A DNA stretch of 64,000 nt from Vicugna vicugna (GCA_013265495.1 MU058423.1:6176939-6240938); one strand, 5' to 3'. Shown: positions 1 through 13,345, counted from the first letter of the stretch. Translations and numbers: made by a program. The notes: generated by a model from the letters alone, not told the origin.

Positions 1-926
1 CATTTGTGGAGATTTGAACTGAATGTTGTTAGCATTAGCTGATATAATACACTAAGATTCAATTTATGTTGTCTTCATTTGTGGTATCTTTGTCTTTCTG
101 ATATTGCTAATCACACATCTCTTGATTAACCTGATTAGTGAGGTTGCATGTTACCTATCTAATTTACCTCAGTGTCTCCAACTCAAAGTAAATAATTGCT
201 TTGGGCAACAATAAAATGTGACTGATGGCCATGTTCATTTGAACAGTATAAGCAAGAGGCAGAATCATTCATGGTAAATCATGATTGGTGGAATGAATAA
301 GTGGTAATTACTTCACATTAAATAAAAAAAAGACACTATCATATATTAATACATTCACAGTTTATTGCAGTTTAGACAGATATTCTAATCAGCACTGACA
401 GCGATTGAATAGGCTGGTTGCACCCAAAGGTGCTGTTTATTCATTTATCTTAAATAATAATGTTATGTCAGGGTAAATTATATTTTTTCATATGTTTCAG
501 GTTTTTGTATTGAAACTTAAACAGAATGCTCAGTTTACTCACTTGTCCTTTTTAAAATGTAAAATTACTTTGGATGAACATTTTACTGGGATTTTAAAAG
601 AAACTTTTTGTTTTTGAATGACTTTTTAAAAACAGTAATAAAGGATGCTATTTGAGCTGTTTTAGTCAACCTGGCAAATTTTATAGAGAATTTTATATTT
701 ACTCTTGTCTTCCTTCTATGTGAACTAAAAGTAAGAATCTTTCCCATTTAATCTTTAGTGTTTTTAAACATTTAAATATGATAGAACAGGAGAATAACTG
801 AAAGTTTATAAAACATCATCGTAATAATTATAATACAAGAAATTTATTTTAAAATAAAATATTTTAAAAGTACAACCAAAAACTGTATTTGTGTCCACTT
901 AATTATACATAAACAATTAGATGTAA

Positions 927-978
927 CTAGGACACTGCCAGATAATCTGGTGCTAGGACACTTCCAGATAATCTGGTG
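927..978. repeat. 26-bp tandem duplication, each unit containing the palindrome CCAGAT-A-ATCTGG
   Basis: ctaggacactgccagataatctggtg (927-952) followed by ctaggacacttccagataatctggtg (953-978); 1 mismatch. Confidence 0.95.
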
Positions 979-1070
979 CACCCCAAATATATTTGTTTTC
1001 CTTGCCTTTGTTTTAATACATACAGCTCAGAATAATTCTTTTTGTACCTTTTAATGTGACCAACCCTCAT

Positions 1071-1100
1071 TTATGTATGTATGTATATATGTATGTATGT
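1071..1100. repeat. (TATG)n microsatellite at the L1 tail
   Basis: ttatgtatgtatgtatatatgtatgtatgt. Confidence 0.85.
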
Positions 1101-2660
1101 GGTTGATCTATCTTCTTAACACAATTTTAAGTGTACAATACAGTACTGTCAACTAAAGGCACAATATTTTACAGCAGATCTGTAGAATTTGTACAGTTGA
1201 AACTTAATACCCACTAACCAGCAACTCCGATTTCCCTGTCCCGCAACTCCCTAGCAGCCACTATATTACTGTCTGGTTCTATGAATCTGACTATTCTTGT
1301 TACTTCAAACAAGTAGAATCATATAGTATTTGTTCTTCTTTAAATGTTTATTTTACTTAACATAATGTCTTCCAGGTTTATCCATGTTTTCACATATGGT
1401 AGAACTTCTTTCTTTTTTAAGACTGAACATTTAATGTCTATATCATGTCTTGACTATTTTGCGGTTATGCTGCAATAAATATAGAATTGAAGAGATCTTT
1501 CCAAGATCTTGATTTCAGTTCTTTTAGATATTCAGAAGTGAGGTTGCTGGATCATATGGTAGTTCTATTTTTAATTTTTTGACAAACCTCCATCCTGTTT
1601 TCCATAGAAGAATCCCTAATTCACAGTCTCATTAGTGATGTGCAAGGGTTTTTTCCCACATCCTTGGCAACATTGTTTTAAATAGCCATTCTAACAAGTG
1701 TGACGTGATATTTCATTGTAATTTTGATTTGCGCTTCTCTGATGATTAGTGATGTCGAGCATCTTTTCATATCTCCATTGTCCATTTGTATGTCTTCTTT
1801 GGAGAAATGTCTATTCAAGTCCTTTGCCCATTTTTCAATCAGATTGTTGTTGCTGTTTGTTACTGGCTTGTGGGAGTTCCTTATATAGTTTGAATGTTAA
1901 CTCCTTATCATATATATATATATATATAATATATATATATAGTTTGCAAACATTTTCTTTCATTCTTTAGGTTTCCTTTTTATTCTGTGCTTCTGATTAT
2001 TCTGTGCTTTGTGCAAAAGCTTTTTAGCTTGATGTTTTCTCACTTCTGTATGTTTGTGTTTGTTGCTTGTGCTCTTGATGTCATATCCAAGAGATCATTG
2101 CCTAGACCATGTCATGAAGGTTTTTTTCTGTATGTTTTCTTCTAGGAGTTTCATGGTTTCAAGCCTTATGTTTAAATCTTTAATTCATTTTGGGTTGATT
2201 TTTGTGTATGGTGTAAGATAAGGTTCCAATTTCATTCTTTTGCATGTGTACATACAGTTTCCCAGCACCACCTGTTGAAGACACTATGCTTCTCTCTTTG
2301 CATATTCTTGACACCCTTGTCTACAATCAATTTACCGTGTATGTGTGGGTTTACTTCTGGACTCTCTATTCTGTACCTTTGATGTATGTCTGGCATTATA
2401 CCAGTATCATAATGTTTTAGTTACTGTAGCTCTGTAATATATTTTGAAATCAGGAATTGTGATATGTCCACCTTTGTTCTTCTTTTTCAAAATTGCTTTA
2501 GCTATTCAGAGTCTTTTTAAATTGAGTTGAAATTTAGAATTGCCTTTCTTTTATCATAAAAAATGGCTTTGGAATTTTGATGGAGATTGTAGTAAATCTG
2601 TAGATTGCTTCAGTTAGCAGGTAGCATGGACATTTTATTGATATTTAGTCTTCCAATCCA
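1075..2660 (-). mobile_element. 5'-truncated LINE-1 (L1MA-like 3' UTR plus ORF2 C-terminal region) inserted in an L2 relic
   Basis: L1MA-type 3' end (acaattttaagtgtacaatacagtactgtcaactaaaggcaca...) and antisense ORF2 text (ggagaaatgtctattcaagtcctttgcccattttt; agtttcccagcaccacctgttgaag). Degenerate TSD tgaccaaccctcatttat (1057-1074) / tgaccgacccatatttat (2661-2678), 15/18 identical. Confidence 0.9.
1909..1941. repeat. (TA)n microsatellite inside L1
   Basis: direct run of TA dinucleotides with one interruption. Confidence 0.9.
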
Positions 2661-3149
2661 TGACCGACCCATATTTATCTTTCAAGCTTCAGCCAGAGTT
2701 TTTCTTTCCTGATAAGAAGTCTTTCCTGATACTCTCTAAGTAAAAACCTTCATGCCTGATATACTGTTTCTGATTTTATGATTTAAAAAAGCTCTGTCCC
2801 CCAAATCAGGAAAAAAACTGGAAGCAGGCTTTTTTTCAAAACAAAAAATCTGACAAGAACAGCAGTACTCTACATACAATATCTTAAACCTCCATGTTAA
2901 ATTATCTTTTGGGTTCTGAAAAACCACTTAGTCTTGATGAAACTCAACCATCTTATAGTTAAGCAAGGACTTTGACCATTACACTACCCTAAGCGACATC
3001 CTCTTATGACATCAGTATTCTCAACACAATAGTACCTAAAGAGGAGGGGGCATTAGGTATTTTAGATGCTATGATAATTTGTTTGCATGTGAGGAGATTA
3101 TAATCACAAAAACTCTGATATCTGCCACAGTAGTGGAGTAACTAGGTAC

Positions 3150-4150
3150 TTCGTAGATTTGGAAATTTTGGGGTAGCCACTTTTCAGTGAGGGGCAAGTT
3201 TCTGCATGCTATTTCATAGACCAGTTACAAGCAATTTGCAGTAGTAGTTGATTCACACTCACCACTTGCCTGTGCTGCCCCCTTGTGTCTCAACTCAAAA
3301 CACACGTATGACATTTTCAGTAATCATGACCACTGGTCTGATGAGAAAAACATCCAAGCCTGGTTTACAGAAAACAATATGCTGTTTACTTGAATTGGTG
3401 AAAAGTGTATTACAACAGCACTGAAATCCCACTTTTGTGTAATTCTAAACTATGGTGAAGGAAGTAAAACCTTGTTGTAGTCAGAACCTCAATTGACACA
3501 ATCATATTTTCAGTTTTATCCCAAAGCAGAGAAAAAGGCCTAAGATGAGCTATCTATGAATAGGATAATCAGACATTTAGAAGAAATAGAACAAATGAGT
3601 GGATTAAAAAGTTTAGGAAGACATATACTTGTTCATCAGTGCATGCCCTAATTTAATGACCAGTAAATGTAAAATACTCATGTCTTGTACTGATTGTCAC
3701 CAAACCTCTCAAAGCAGAGAAAACTTGTAATAAGACAAGATGGTCAAGATTGTTCATTTTGAAATGTGGGTCAGCATCCTTCTCCAGATAACAAAGAAAA
3801 GAGACCTGGTTACAAGGCTGGTGATTCTGCAGAGTCTCAACAGTGTGGCCCGCCTCTTCCTAAGATTGACCTGGTTATTGCCGCCTCTTAATCTCCAATA
3901 TCGTAAACCTGAGAACCAGTCAGTCACCTAGTGGGAGACGATCATACAGGAGTCTTCCCATCGTGAGGAGGGCAGAGGTTTATTTGCACCAATGTAGAAA
4001 TCGTCCTGGATTTCAGTGCCTTCACTGCCCCTGCAGGATTTACATCCTTACATTTGGGAATGTCATACACACTGCTCTGGCTGTCCACCAGTACTGCTTG
4101 TGGGCAAAGAATTGATTTACTGCAGTGAAATGAAAAAAGACAGTTAATTG
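3150..4150 (+). mobile_element. highly decayed ERV-L class internal fragment (RNase H to integrase region)
   Basis: gcctggtttacag (AWFT, RNase H start) at about 3358. Integrase-like stretch at 3925-4030 resembling WWxxDYIGPLPSWKGQRF..D..SG..F. No open frame. Confidence 0.65.
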
Positions 4151-4199
4151 GTCTTATATATATCTGACTCTGATACAGATAGACTTTATTAAAACCTTT

Positions 4200-4499
4200 T
4201 AATTTTTCTTAGGATAAAATTCAGAATGCTTAATGTGACCTCCAGAAACCTGTATTATTTGTCTTCTACTTTTCTCAAAGCCTAAACTCCAACTACTCTT
4301 TCTGAAGTCTGAGATTCAACCAAACAGACGTTTTTTTACACTTTCACCAATACCTGATCGAATTTCAAAGCCCTTGAATGAGATGTTCCTGAGCCTTTAA
4401 TTCTTCCTACCTCTCTTGCATTTCTTAGGTACCTCAAATTTAATCATTATTTAGATGTCAGATTAAATGATGCTACCACAAAGAAAATTCCCTTTATTT
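4200..4499 (+). mobile_element. L2 fragment (upstream half, interrupted by L1)
   Basis: aggataaaattcagaatgcttaatgtgacctccagaaacctgtattatttgtc resembles the L2 3' region; continues at 5794. Confidence 0.65.
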
Positions 4500-5793
4500 A
4501 CTTTTAAAATAATTTACATTTTTTAAATTGAGGTATAGTTGATTTACAATGTTGTGTTAGTTTCAGGTGTACAGCAAAGTGATTCAATCACACACACACA
4601 CACACACACATATGTCTTCCTCAGAATCTTTTCCATTATAGGACAAGATACTGAATATAGTTCCCTGTGCTATATAGTAGATCCTTGTTGTTTATCTATT
4701 TTATATATAGTAGTGTGTATCTGTTAATATCAAACCCCCAATTTATCCCTCTCCCCCTTTCCCATTTGGTAACCATAATTTTGTTTTCTATGTCTGTGAA
4801 TCTATTTCTTTTTGTAAATAAGTTCATTTGTATCATTATTTTAGATTCCACATATAAGTGATACCATATGATATTTGGCTTTCTTTAGAGATTTGTATGA
4901 TAATCTCTAGATCCATCCATGTTGCTGCAAATGGCATTATTTCATTATTATTTATGGCTGAGTAGTATTCCTATATATGCATTTATAATATGTATATATT
5001 ACATCTTTATTCATTCATATGTTGACAGACATTTAGCTTCATTCTTCTTTCTCAAAGTTGTTTTGTCTATTTGAGACCTTTTGTGTTTCCGTATAAATTA
5101 AAAAAAATGTTCCAGTTCTGTGAAAAATGCCATTGGTAATTTGATAGGAATTGCATTGAATCTGTATATTGCCTTGGATAGTATTATTTTAACAATAATG
5201 AGTCTTCCAATCCAAGAACACGGTATATCTTTCCATATATTTGTGTTGTCTTCAGTGTCTTTCATCAGCATCTCATAGTTTTAAGAGTACAGGTCTTTTG
5301 TCTCCTTAGGTGCTTTACTCATAGGTATTTTATTCTTTTGAAGTAGTGGTAAATGAAATTGCTTCTTTAATTTCTCTTTCTCGTAGTTCAGAAATGTGAC
5401 AGATGTACCACACTGACTGATTTGTGGGTATTGAAAAATCCTTGCATCCCTGGGATAAATCCCACTTGATTATGGTGTATGATCCTTTTAATGTATTGTT
5501 GGCGTTGGTTTGCTAGTATTTTATTGAGAATTTTGCATCTATATTCATCAGTGATATTGACCTGTAGTTTTCTTTTTTTCTGTATTTTCTTTTTTGTGAT
5601 ATCTTTGTCTAGTTTTGATATCACGGTGATGGTGGCCTCATAGAATGGGTTCAGAAGTGTTCCTTCCTCTGCAATTTTGGAATAGTTTGAGAAGGATAGG
5701 TGTTAACTTTTTCTAAATGTTTGGAAGAATTCACCTGTGAAACCATCTAGTCCTGGACTTCTGTTTTTGGGGAGTTTTTAAATTACTTATTCT
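4500..5793 (-). mobile_element. 5'-truncated lineage-type LINE-1 with two internal deletions
   Basis: 3' end ttgaggtatagttgatttacaatgttgtgttagtttcaggtgtacagcaaagtgattca. ORF2 RT-region peptide in ORF 5388-5624 (KILNKILANQRQQYIKRIIHHNQVGFIPGMQGFFN). Degenerate TSD aaagaaaattccctttattt (4480-4499) / aaagaaatctccctttactt (5794-5813). Confidence 0.92.
4589..4610. repeat. (CA)11 microsatellite in L1 3' UTR
   Basis: direct CA run. Confidence 0.9.
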
Positions 5794-6053
5794 AAAGAAA
5801 TCTCCCTTTACTTCACAGACTACATTAGGGCTCTTTTTTTTTTTTCAATACTGTCACAGATTTCTGTACTTTTTCATTTTTCTTATCACCATATAATTAA
5901 TTGTTTAATAACTATTTCTTGTGTCTCTCCCTTTGGAATTAAGCCTGTAAGACATGAATCATTTTTCACTTATTCACTTCTGAATTTGTATTATCTAGCA
6001 CTGTATTTATACATAATAGATACTCAGATATATTTGTTGAATGAATAGATGAA
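5794..6053 (+). mobile_element. L2 3' end (downstream half)
   Basis: tatctagcactgtatttatacataatagatactcagatatatttgttgaatgaatagatgaa matches the canonical L2 terminus. Confidence 0.8.
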
Positions 6054-6107
6054 CTTTTAATGAAATAATTTATTCATTTATTTCTCACAAGAAACTTGGA
6101 GTTTTAT

Positions 6108-6133
6108 AATGAATGAATGAATGAATGAATGAA
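6108..6133. repeat. (GAAT)n microsatellite
   Basis: aatgaatgaatgaatgaatgaatgaa. Confidence 0.9.
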
Positions 6134-7689
6134 AGGATATTCTTCCTGCCACATTCTCATTCTTTCATGATAGCAAGGTGGTGAATTACAAGGTGAGAAC
6201 TTTAATTCTAACATATCCTCCAATATACCAGCTCCGTGTCTGTGCCCCGTGTCACTTCATCTCATGCTAATCAATACACTAGCAGTATTCTCACCCATGG
6301 AGAGTACCGTAACCATTTTAAAAATATTACATCTTCAGTTCTGAGTCTGCATCATCAAATTATTTGGGGATTTCTTTGATTTTATGAAAGCATTTCTAAA
6401 TCATAGGTGCATAGAACATTTGTAATAAGCAAATTGCCTGATAAAGGGACAAACATGTTCCTGGCTATTGAAAAAAACAGTTGCACATCCAAACCAGATG
6501 CTCAGATTATGATGATAACACTTGTCAAAACACAGTACGATTATGTTATGAATAGGAGGTTGAGTTCATATTTTAATTTTAATGGATATTTGGATTCTGT
6601 AGACATGTATCCAACTTTAATAACCATCAAATGCAAGTTCAGATTGAATGACCGAATCAATTATTTCTCCAAAAGTAGTTATTAAGAGAATCTTAAATAC
6701 ATAAGAATAGTAATAGAACAACTCATGAATATTCTGTTTCCAAAGTTAATCACAAGTCAACTTCATAGTTTATATTTGTGGAATCTCATTATATGATTTG
6801 GAGGTGCTGATTGAGTTACGAAGTAATGGAATACTAATAACTTTTAGAAGGGGTAAAACAACTACAGGACATCAGTAAGCCAGATAGCACTTAGCTCAGT
6901 GGCGTAGTCTACTAAGTATTTTGGGTCTGGACTTCCATTTTTCTGAAAGAGGTTATTTTCTAACCTATAGAGTTCATTGTATGTAAAACAAATCATAAAA
7001 CTTAAATATAACAATTTTATATTTTGTATTTTTTACTTTTAGAGTAGGAAATTAGTGGTTAAATACTGCCCTTTTTCCTGCAATATAAGTTCTTTATTAT
7101 TTGATATTGATGTAGTTCTAGATTATTTGGGGTGTTTAAAAAAACATAAAATAGAGTATGAAAAGGTTAAACCAAAACATGTTTGCCTGCCCAGCCTCCC
7201 CACTAATACTGTGTCCCCTCAGCATTCAGTTACTACTGCATTTAGATGCCACCACATGATAAAAACAGGGGAGATATGGGAGAAATGGAAAGGGGCAGGG
7301 AAAAATAATTATAAAACACCACAGTCCAAGGTTAAAGAAAAATAAAGGAAATGTTTGGTATCTGAGAGTAGATTGTACTTCAGGAGACATGTCAAATAGA
7401 ATATGTTATTGTTTTTTAAAGATCTGTAGGAATTTTTAAACCTATCCCACCAATAAAGGACAGGGAATAAGCTATTGTCTATGGAGCTAAAAACAAAGTT
7501 GGTGATAAAAATAAATAGATATTTATGATTGAAATTCAGAATATTTGTTAAATGAGTTATGGTTTTAAAAAAGTTATTGATAAGGGCATTTGCTAAGAAT
7601 AACTTTTAGCTAGGCAAAAATAGAACATAAAAGAGATGATCTAATATGATATAATATAATCTCATTCCAGTGAATGTTAGCTTTCTTTT

Positions 7690-8420
7690 ATCCATTCATA
7701 AACCTATTTATCCATACTTCCATTATTTCACACAGTCAGCAGAAAGTCAATAAGTATTGTGTTAACTGTCTATTAAAGGAAGAATAAAACAAAAAGACTA
7801 ATAAGAGAGAATTCTTGTCCTCAAAAAAATTTCAGTTTGCTGTGGGGATTTAGGAGAGCAAACATTTACATAGTGGAGGAAATTTCAAATGAGATTGAAC
7901 TTGCTGTCCAGGGAATGGTTACAGGAGGCAGCAGAACAAATTTGGAGAATAACAAATAGTTCCATATGGTTGAAATAAAATGTACATAGGTGAGGAATGA
8001 CAATGATTGAGGTCCAAAAAATGGTTAGGAGAGATTGATCATGAATATCCTAATATAAGGCTAGGAAATATATATTTTATTTAATAATCAATGAGAAGAG
8101 ATTAAGGATTTTGGAAAAAAGATATTATTGGTGATGTAGACAATAATTTGGTGAAGGACAAGATTGTAAGACGTTAGTCCAGTCAGAGAACTGGTATAGT
8201 AGTTCAGGAAAAATATTCTGAGTATTTTAACATTGGGTTATCGGAGAAAAATTTTTAGAAGATCCTAAATTTATTCATAAGGAGGGAATCAATAGAGCTT
8301 AGCATCTAATTTGGAGGGCATAGATATTGGCATAAGGGGTGATAAAAGGAAGTAATTCAGGACAAGTCCAAGGTGCAAGTGACCAGGTAAATATAGAGAG
8401 ATTTTGACCAAAATGTGGAA
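7690..8420 (-). mobile_element. L2 relic
   Basis: tccattcataaacctatttat... attcttgtcctcaaaaaaatttcagttt and downstream purine-rich antisense-L2-like text. Confidence 0.6.
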
Positions 8421-9304
8421 TAAAAGAAAAACAACATTTTGAACTGGTTGGTTGGTAGTTTTGTTTATTTGGGGGCTAGAGGAGTAGAGTTATGTAGGAA
8501 GGATAGATAAGTTTAGAGATGGATATAAATTTAAATGAATTCTGTAAACATAAATGTATATTCCGAACTTACGGCAATTTAATAAAACGTTCAATATTTA
8601 TTTATTTATTTTCATAATTTAATCTTTTTCTCTATCCTTGTTTTTGAAGTGCCTGCCAGGTGAGAGGGCGGACTTCTTGTTTCATGTAGAAGTTATTTCC
8701 AGAAGTTGGGGGAAAGCAGCATGTATAGATAGTATTCTTACAACTCACAAGGGAACTATAGATGTATGTTGCTTAAACAAGGAATATTCAGAAAATTAAG
8801 GTTACATTCTTTGCTGCTATCATTTGATAATCTGCCAGGAAAACTCAGTTTCTCTCCTTCAAATCAGTCTTGTTTTAAATAAGACTAAAATATTGGGGCG
8901 GGGGGAGGATTAGATAGCTGTAACCAGCTACTTTTGAAAAAGATTAATGCAGGAAAGTTTCTTCTAATATTAATTTAGGTATAATTTAGAGAGCATTCTT
9001 GCATTGCACCATCCATCATAGGCACTGAATATAAAAAATAAATAAGTAATTAAAAACACGTTTATTATTTTATGTAACTTCTTGTTCCATTATGTTCGTC
9101 TTGGAGAGTTGCTAAAAGGGGGAAGGATTTGTTTTTCAAATTCAAACACATTTTATGTCAGCAAAAAAATGCACATTATAATGAAAGTCTTTGCAAGTAT
9201 TTCTTTTAGCAATCTAAGGTCAGTTCCTTGAAAAATTACAATGCATTGTTAACTGTGTGTCCTATTAGAAGGAAAACAAACATTTGCTAATCATCTTTCA
9301 TTTT

Positions 9305-9476
9305 GCCACACATTGTACTAAATATTTTTGCAACATTGTCTCTTTTAATTATCACAGGAACTACTGCATAGAAATTATTGTCTCAATCTTTCAAATGAGG
9401 GAGCGAATTTTCATAGATGTTAATTTGCTCTCGGTCATTCAGCTAGCAAGTAGCAGCTAGAATTTAAACCTGGACG
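9305..9476 (-). mobile_element. MIR SINE
   Basis: ttattgtctcaatctttcaaatgagggagcgaat...gttaatttgctctcggtcattcagctagcaagtagcagctagaatttaaacctgg (MIR core, antisense). Confidence 0.8.
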
Positions 9477-9889
9477 ATTTTTAATGCTATGCCATGTTCA
9501 AAGGACAAATTGAAGATGCAAAGAAATAATTTTAAAAGGTAATTCCCTAAGCAGAGAATATTTTAAAATGTTGCCCCGTCCCTATAAGTATGTCATCATT
9601 TCCCTGTAATTTACTTTCAAGGCTCTGTTCTTTCCCTCAGATCCTGATTTGATCACCTCCTTTGAATCCAGGATTTCACTCATTAATTTTTTCTCTTCTC
9701 TCCTATATTTGAAATCCCTCCCTTTTTTTTTTCTTTAATGGTTTCTGTGTTAACAGCTGAGAAGCTAGTTGATGTTTGAAACATGTTTAAAATTAAAAGT
9801 AAGTAACAGATGCATAACAAAATTACTTGACCAGGAGCTCTTCTGGGTATTTCCTGATCTCCTTCCCTTTTCACCCAGTTTCTGTACAA

Positions 9890-11300
9890 TATAAATTATT
9901 ATCTCTGTCTTCACTTTCTCACTTCCAATATATCCTAAACATTTGAGAATTCAGCTTTCACTTGCAACATTCAAATAAAACTGTAGTGTCCTCCTTGATA
10001 TAAAATATGCATTGAGTTTTTTTCAGTTATTTATAATTTAACCAATATAAAGCATTTGAACCCATTGACTAATTATTTCTTGACATCATTTCCTCTTCAC
10101 CTTCTCTCCTGCTAATATTCTTCCTTAAGCTTTGCTCCTGTCTCTGATTGTTGTTTACTAAATTTCTTTTTTCTTTTCCGGGCCATACTTTAACACAAGA
10201 TGCTCATAAATCTCATTCCAGTTTTAAGTTTTATAATTTCATAATTATAAATGCCACAAATTGAAAAGAAAAAAATTGAGAGTTTATTTACATTTCTTTT
10301 ACATTTATTGAGTTTGTGGATTTTAAATAATAAAATTTTAGGGTTCTTTAAGTTACTCTCAATGAAAAGGACAGATACTTACTGAAACAATGACTATATA
10401 ATTAAAAATTTATTATTTGAAATTCACAAAACTGAGTTTCATTGCCTCTGATTAAAGGTGGAAATGCTGACTAAATGTCTTCACATAAGCTCCATTCCCA
10501 TGTATGCATTGAATTACTTGGAATCTTCTGTGAGAAGTCATCCAGGCATATAAAAATCAACATATCCCATATCTTACTGATTTCTTCCTCAGATCAGTTC
10601 TCCTCAAGTCTGTTTCCTTTAGTTCAAGCGATAGAATCTAATTATTCAAGCCAGAAACCTCCTTCTCCTTCAGCGCTAACACCCAATAAGCCACAAGTTG
10701 TGACTAGTCTTCTCTTTACACAATAGTGTGTATCACCTCCTTGCTGTCAACAATACCGATGCTTTAATTCAGAGACCTGTAATAATAGCCAATATTATTC
10801 AATAGCCTTTAAACTAGTCTTCCTATATATTGTCGTGTGACTTCCAAGTGCCATGTTATGAAATGTGGACAGATGTGTTGAACATGCATATGTGCACACA
10901 CAGGCCCCCATCCCCCCACCCCACACACAATTTATAGATTTTCAAGTTAAGGTAAGGCCTAGTAGGATCGACCAAACCAGTGCTTCAACAGAAAACTACT
11001 ACACAAGAAGGGTATATTTTTTAAAAATTACACCTTGATAAGGATGTTACATTGAGCAAGTGTTCATTAGTGGTTCCAGTGTTCTCTGGAAGGCTTCTTT
11101 GATAGCAGCTCTAATGACATTTTATTTTTCTTGCAATGTTTACCTTACTGTATTCACTGGAGTCTAAATTTCTTTAGGGGACAGCCTATTTTATATTTAT
11201 TTTCTTATTCCTACCATGTTATACAGTATTTACTGTCCTATGATTATAGATCTAATGGTTCAAAAAATAAATGGGGGAACAAGTAAATGAAAATAAGTAT
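9890..11300 (+). mobile_element. fragmented L2 (pieces at about 9890-10215, 10480-10850 and 11080-11300)
   Basis: L2 ORF2-like pyrimidine-rich text (tcatccaggcatataaaaatcaacatatccca) and a 3'-end-like piece (ctggagtctaaatttctttaggggacagcctattttatatt). Confidence 0.6.
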
Positions 11301-13279
11301 TAATAAAGGAACAAACAAATGAATATCAAAATATGATTAGATTCTTTTCAATGCCATCTCAGCCACCAAAAGATGATTTATGTGGTACTTTTCACTGATT
11401 TCAATATGGCACATTCTGTCTGTAACATCCAAAATCATAAGTTGATTTTGGTTCTTTCTTGACTCATTAAATAAAATATTTCATTCCCAGGGAGTTTTTA
11501 AAAAGCATATAAATGTTAACTAAATAGGAGATATTTATCTATTTTCTTGTGTTAACCATGGGACACTTTCAATTTTTAAGTACACTTTTTTTTTTCTTTT
11601 TTACAAAATTGGACTTAAACCACTTGAAAAAAAAATGGGGCTTAACATGATGCACTTGGTCTACAAAATCCACTCTGATGCTCTTCTCATTAGAGTGCCT
11701 GCCGCAGCCTTTTGCTAGGTGGCGGTGTGATTGATTGCTGTGTGATAGACTTCCCAGTGCTCAACTCAGTCAGTCATACAACTGGAGATAAAGATAAATT
11801 CAGGACTCTAGTTCGTTCTGTGACCTTCACTGGTAATGAATCCTGTAGGCTCATTAGTTGCAATTTGAAGCATTTTAAAATTAATTGCCTTTAGTTTAAT
11901 GAAGTTTTTGCTTGCTTGGCGATCAGAACAATGGCAAATACTTCAATGAATGTACCAATTGTTTATTACAGGCTAGTTGTGACCTTGAAGGAGCTTTTTA
12001 TTTTTTTTTTTCAATTGTAGTGGTATTCATTATACAGAATGCATAGGAAGGGTTTTATTTTAATCTTTATAACCATTCTTTATGTATTCAGAAACTTATT
12101 ATACTTGCAACCATGTATGACTCACTGAAATATATTAGAATCTCTTCCCAAATCACTTCCATTCAGATTCATGATTTTAATTTCTCGTTTGTTCAGCTCA
12201 TTTGGCCATATGATTGTCATATTACTCCAGGCACAAAAGCAACCACTCTGGCACTAATTTGTTTTTAAAGAACATTAGATTATACATGTGCCTAACAGGA
12301 ATGTGAATTGATGCTAGCATTACAAAGAGAAAAAATTCATGAAGTGTAGTGCTACATAGACAAATAATTTACTCTGGAGGAAACTGGAGTTTTTAATTTC
12401 CATATTTTGAACTTCTATTTTTACCTGATAGAAGCACGTTGAAGTATTTCTTCATTGGATCAATTGTATACTATGTGTTTATAAGTAAAAATAGTCACAA
12501 TTTTTTTCACTCAGTTCATGTTTGCTGATACTGACTATTCTATAACTGCTAGATTATTCAGTTTCATAATTATGTTGGGACAAGAGAAGCTTATCACATT
12601 CATCATTCAGACTGTACACATGGATTATTTTCATGAGAGCAGATGAATTTCCACTGAAGCATTCACACACCTGAGTGACCAAGGTGTCATTCCTTTAGAG
12701 CTGCCAAGTGAAGATAAACTTCAGAATGGATTTAAAACTTCTGTATAGGAAAATTTCTCTGTATTTCACAGAGCCACTATAAAAATTAAGTGAGACAATG
12801 TCTGTGAAACAATTAAGACAATGCTGTGACGTATCAGATAATCAGTATATTATGAAGTTCAATCAGAATAAGTTATTAGTATATTGAATATATAGAAATA
12901 ATATTGATATAGTAGGTCCCTTTCCTCGAACGACCAAAAAGTATAATTTTTATAAAAATGAATCATTAAGTCTAGACGAATTTGAAAACCATAACAAAAG
13001 CATCCAATTAACTGGACATTAATATACTGATAAATTGTCTTAATTGATTTTTTTTCTTTTGCCATGTTGACCCAACATACCCAAGGTTCTTTATGGAGTC
13101 CTTGTTTTTCTTCAAAGGCGCCATATATTTTCTATATCAATTTACTTAATCGAATGTATCAAATGCCATCACTTTCCATTTCCAATCTCGCAATGAAACC
13201 ATCAGCACTTAAAAAGGGGAAAAAAGTTCTCAAATTTTAAAGTGTTTAAGCAAGAAGGAACTTTCCGAATACTCTACTC

Positions 13280-13345
13280 TTCCCTCGCATTTTAATATGA
13301 GGAAACTGAGGCTGAGTGGCATAGGTGGTATGTCTAAAGTCTCTT
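13280..13345 (-). mobile_element. MIR core fragment
   Basis: cattttaatatgaggaaactgaggctgag. Confidence 0.65.

Noticed and set aside
927..978. CRISPR-like palindromic direct repeats
   Set aside because: Only two adjacent units with no spacer, in mammalian DNA with no cas genes
3338..3375. CTGATGA...GAAA hammerhead-like motif
   Set aside because: Lies in ERV pol sequence; I cannot build stems I and III or a proper cleavage triplet
6407..7345. 92-aa and 96-aa + strand ORFs
   Set aside because: No recognisable protein similarity, non-ATG starts, length within chance expectation
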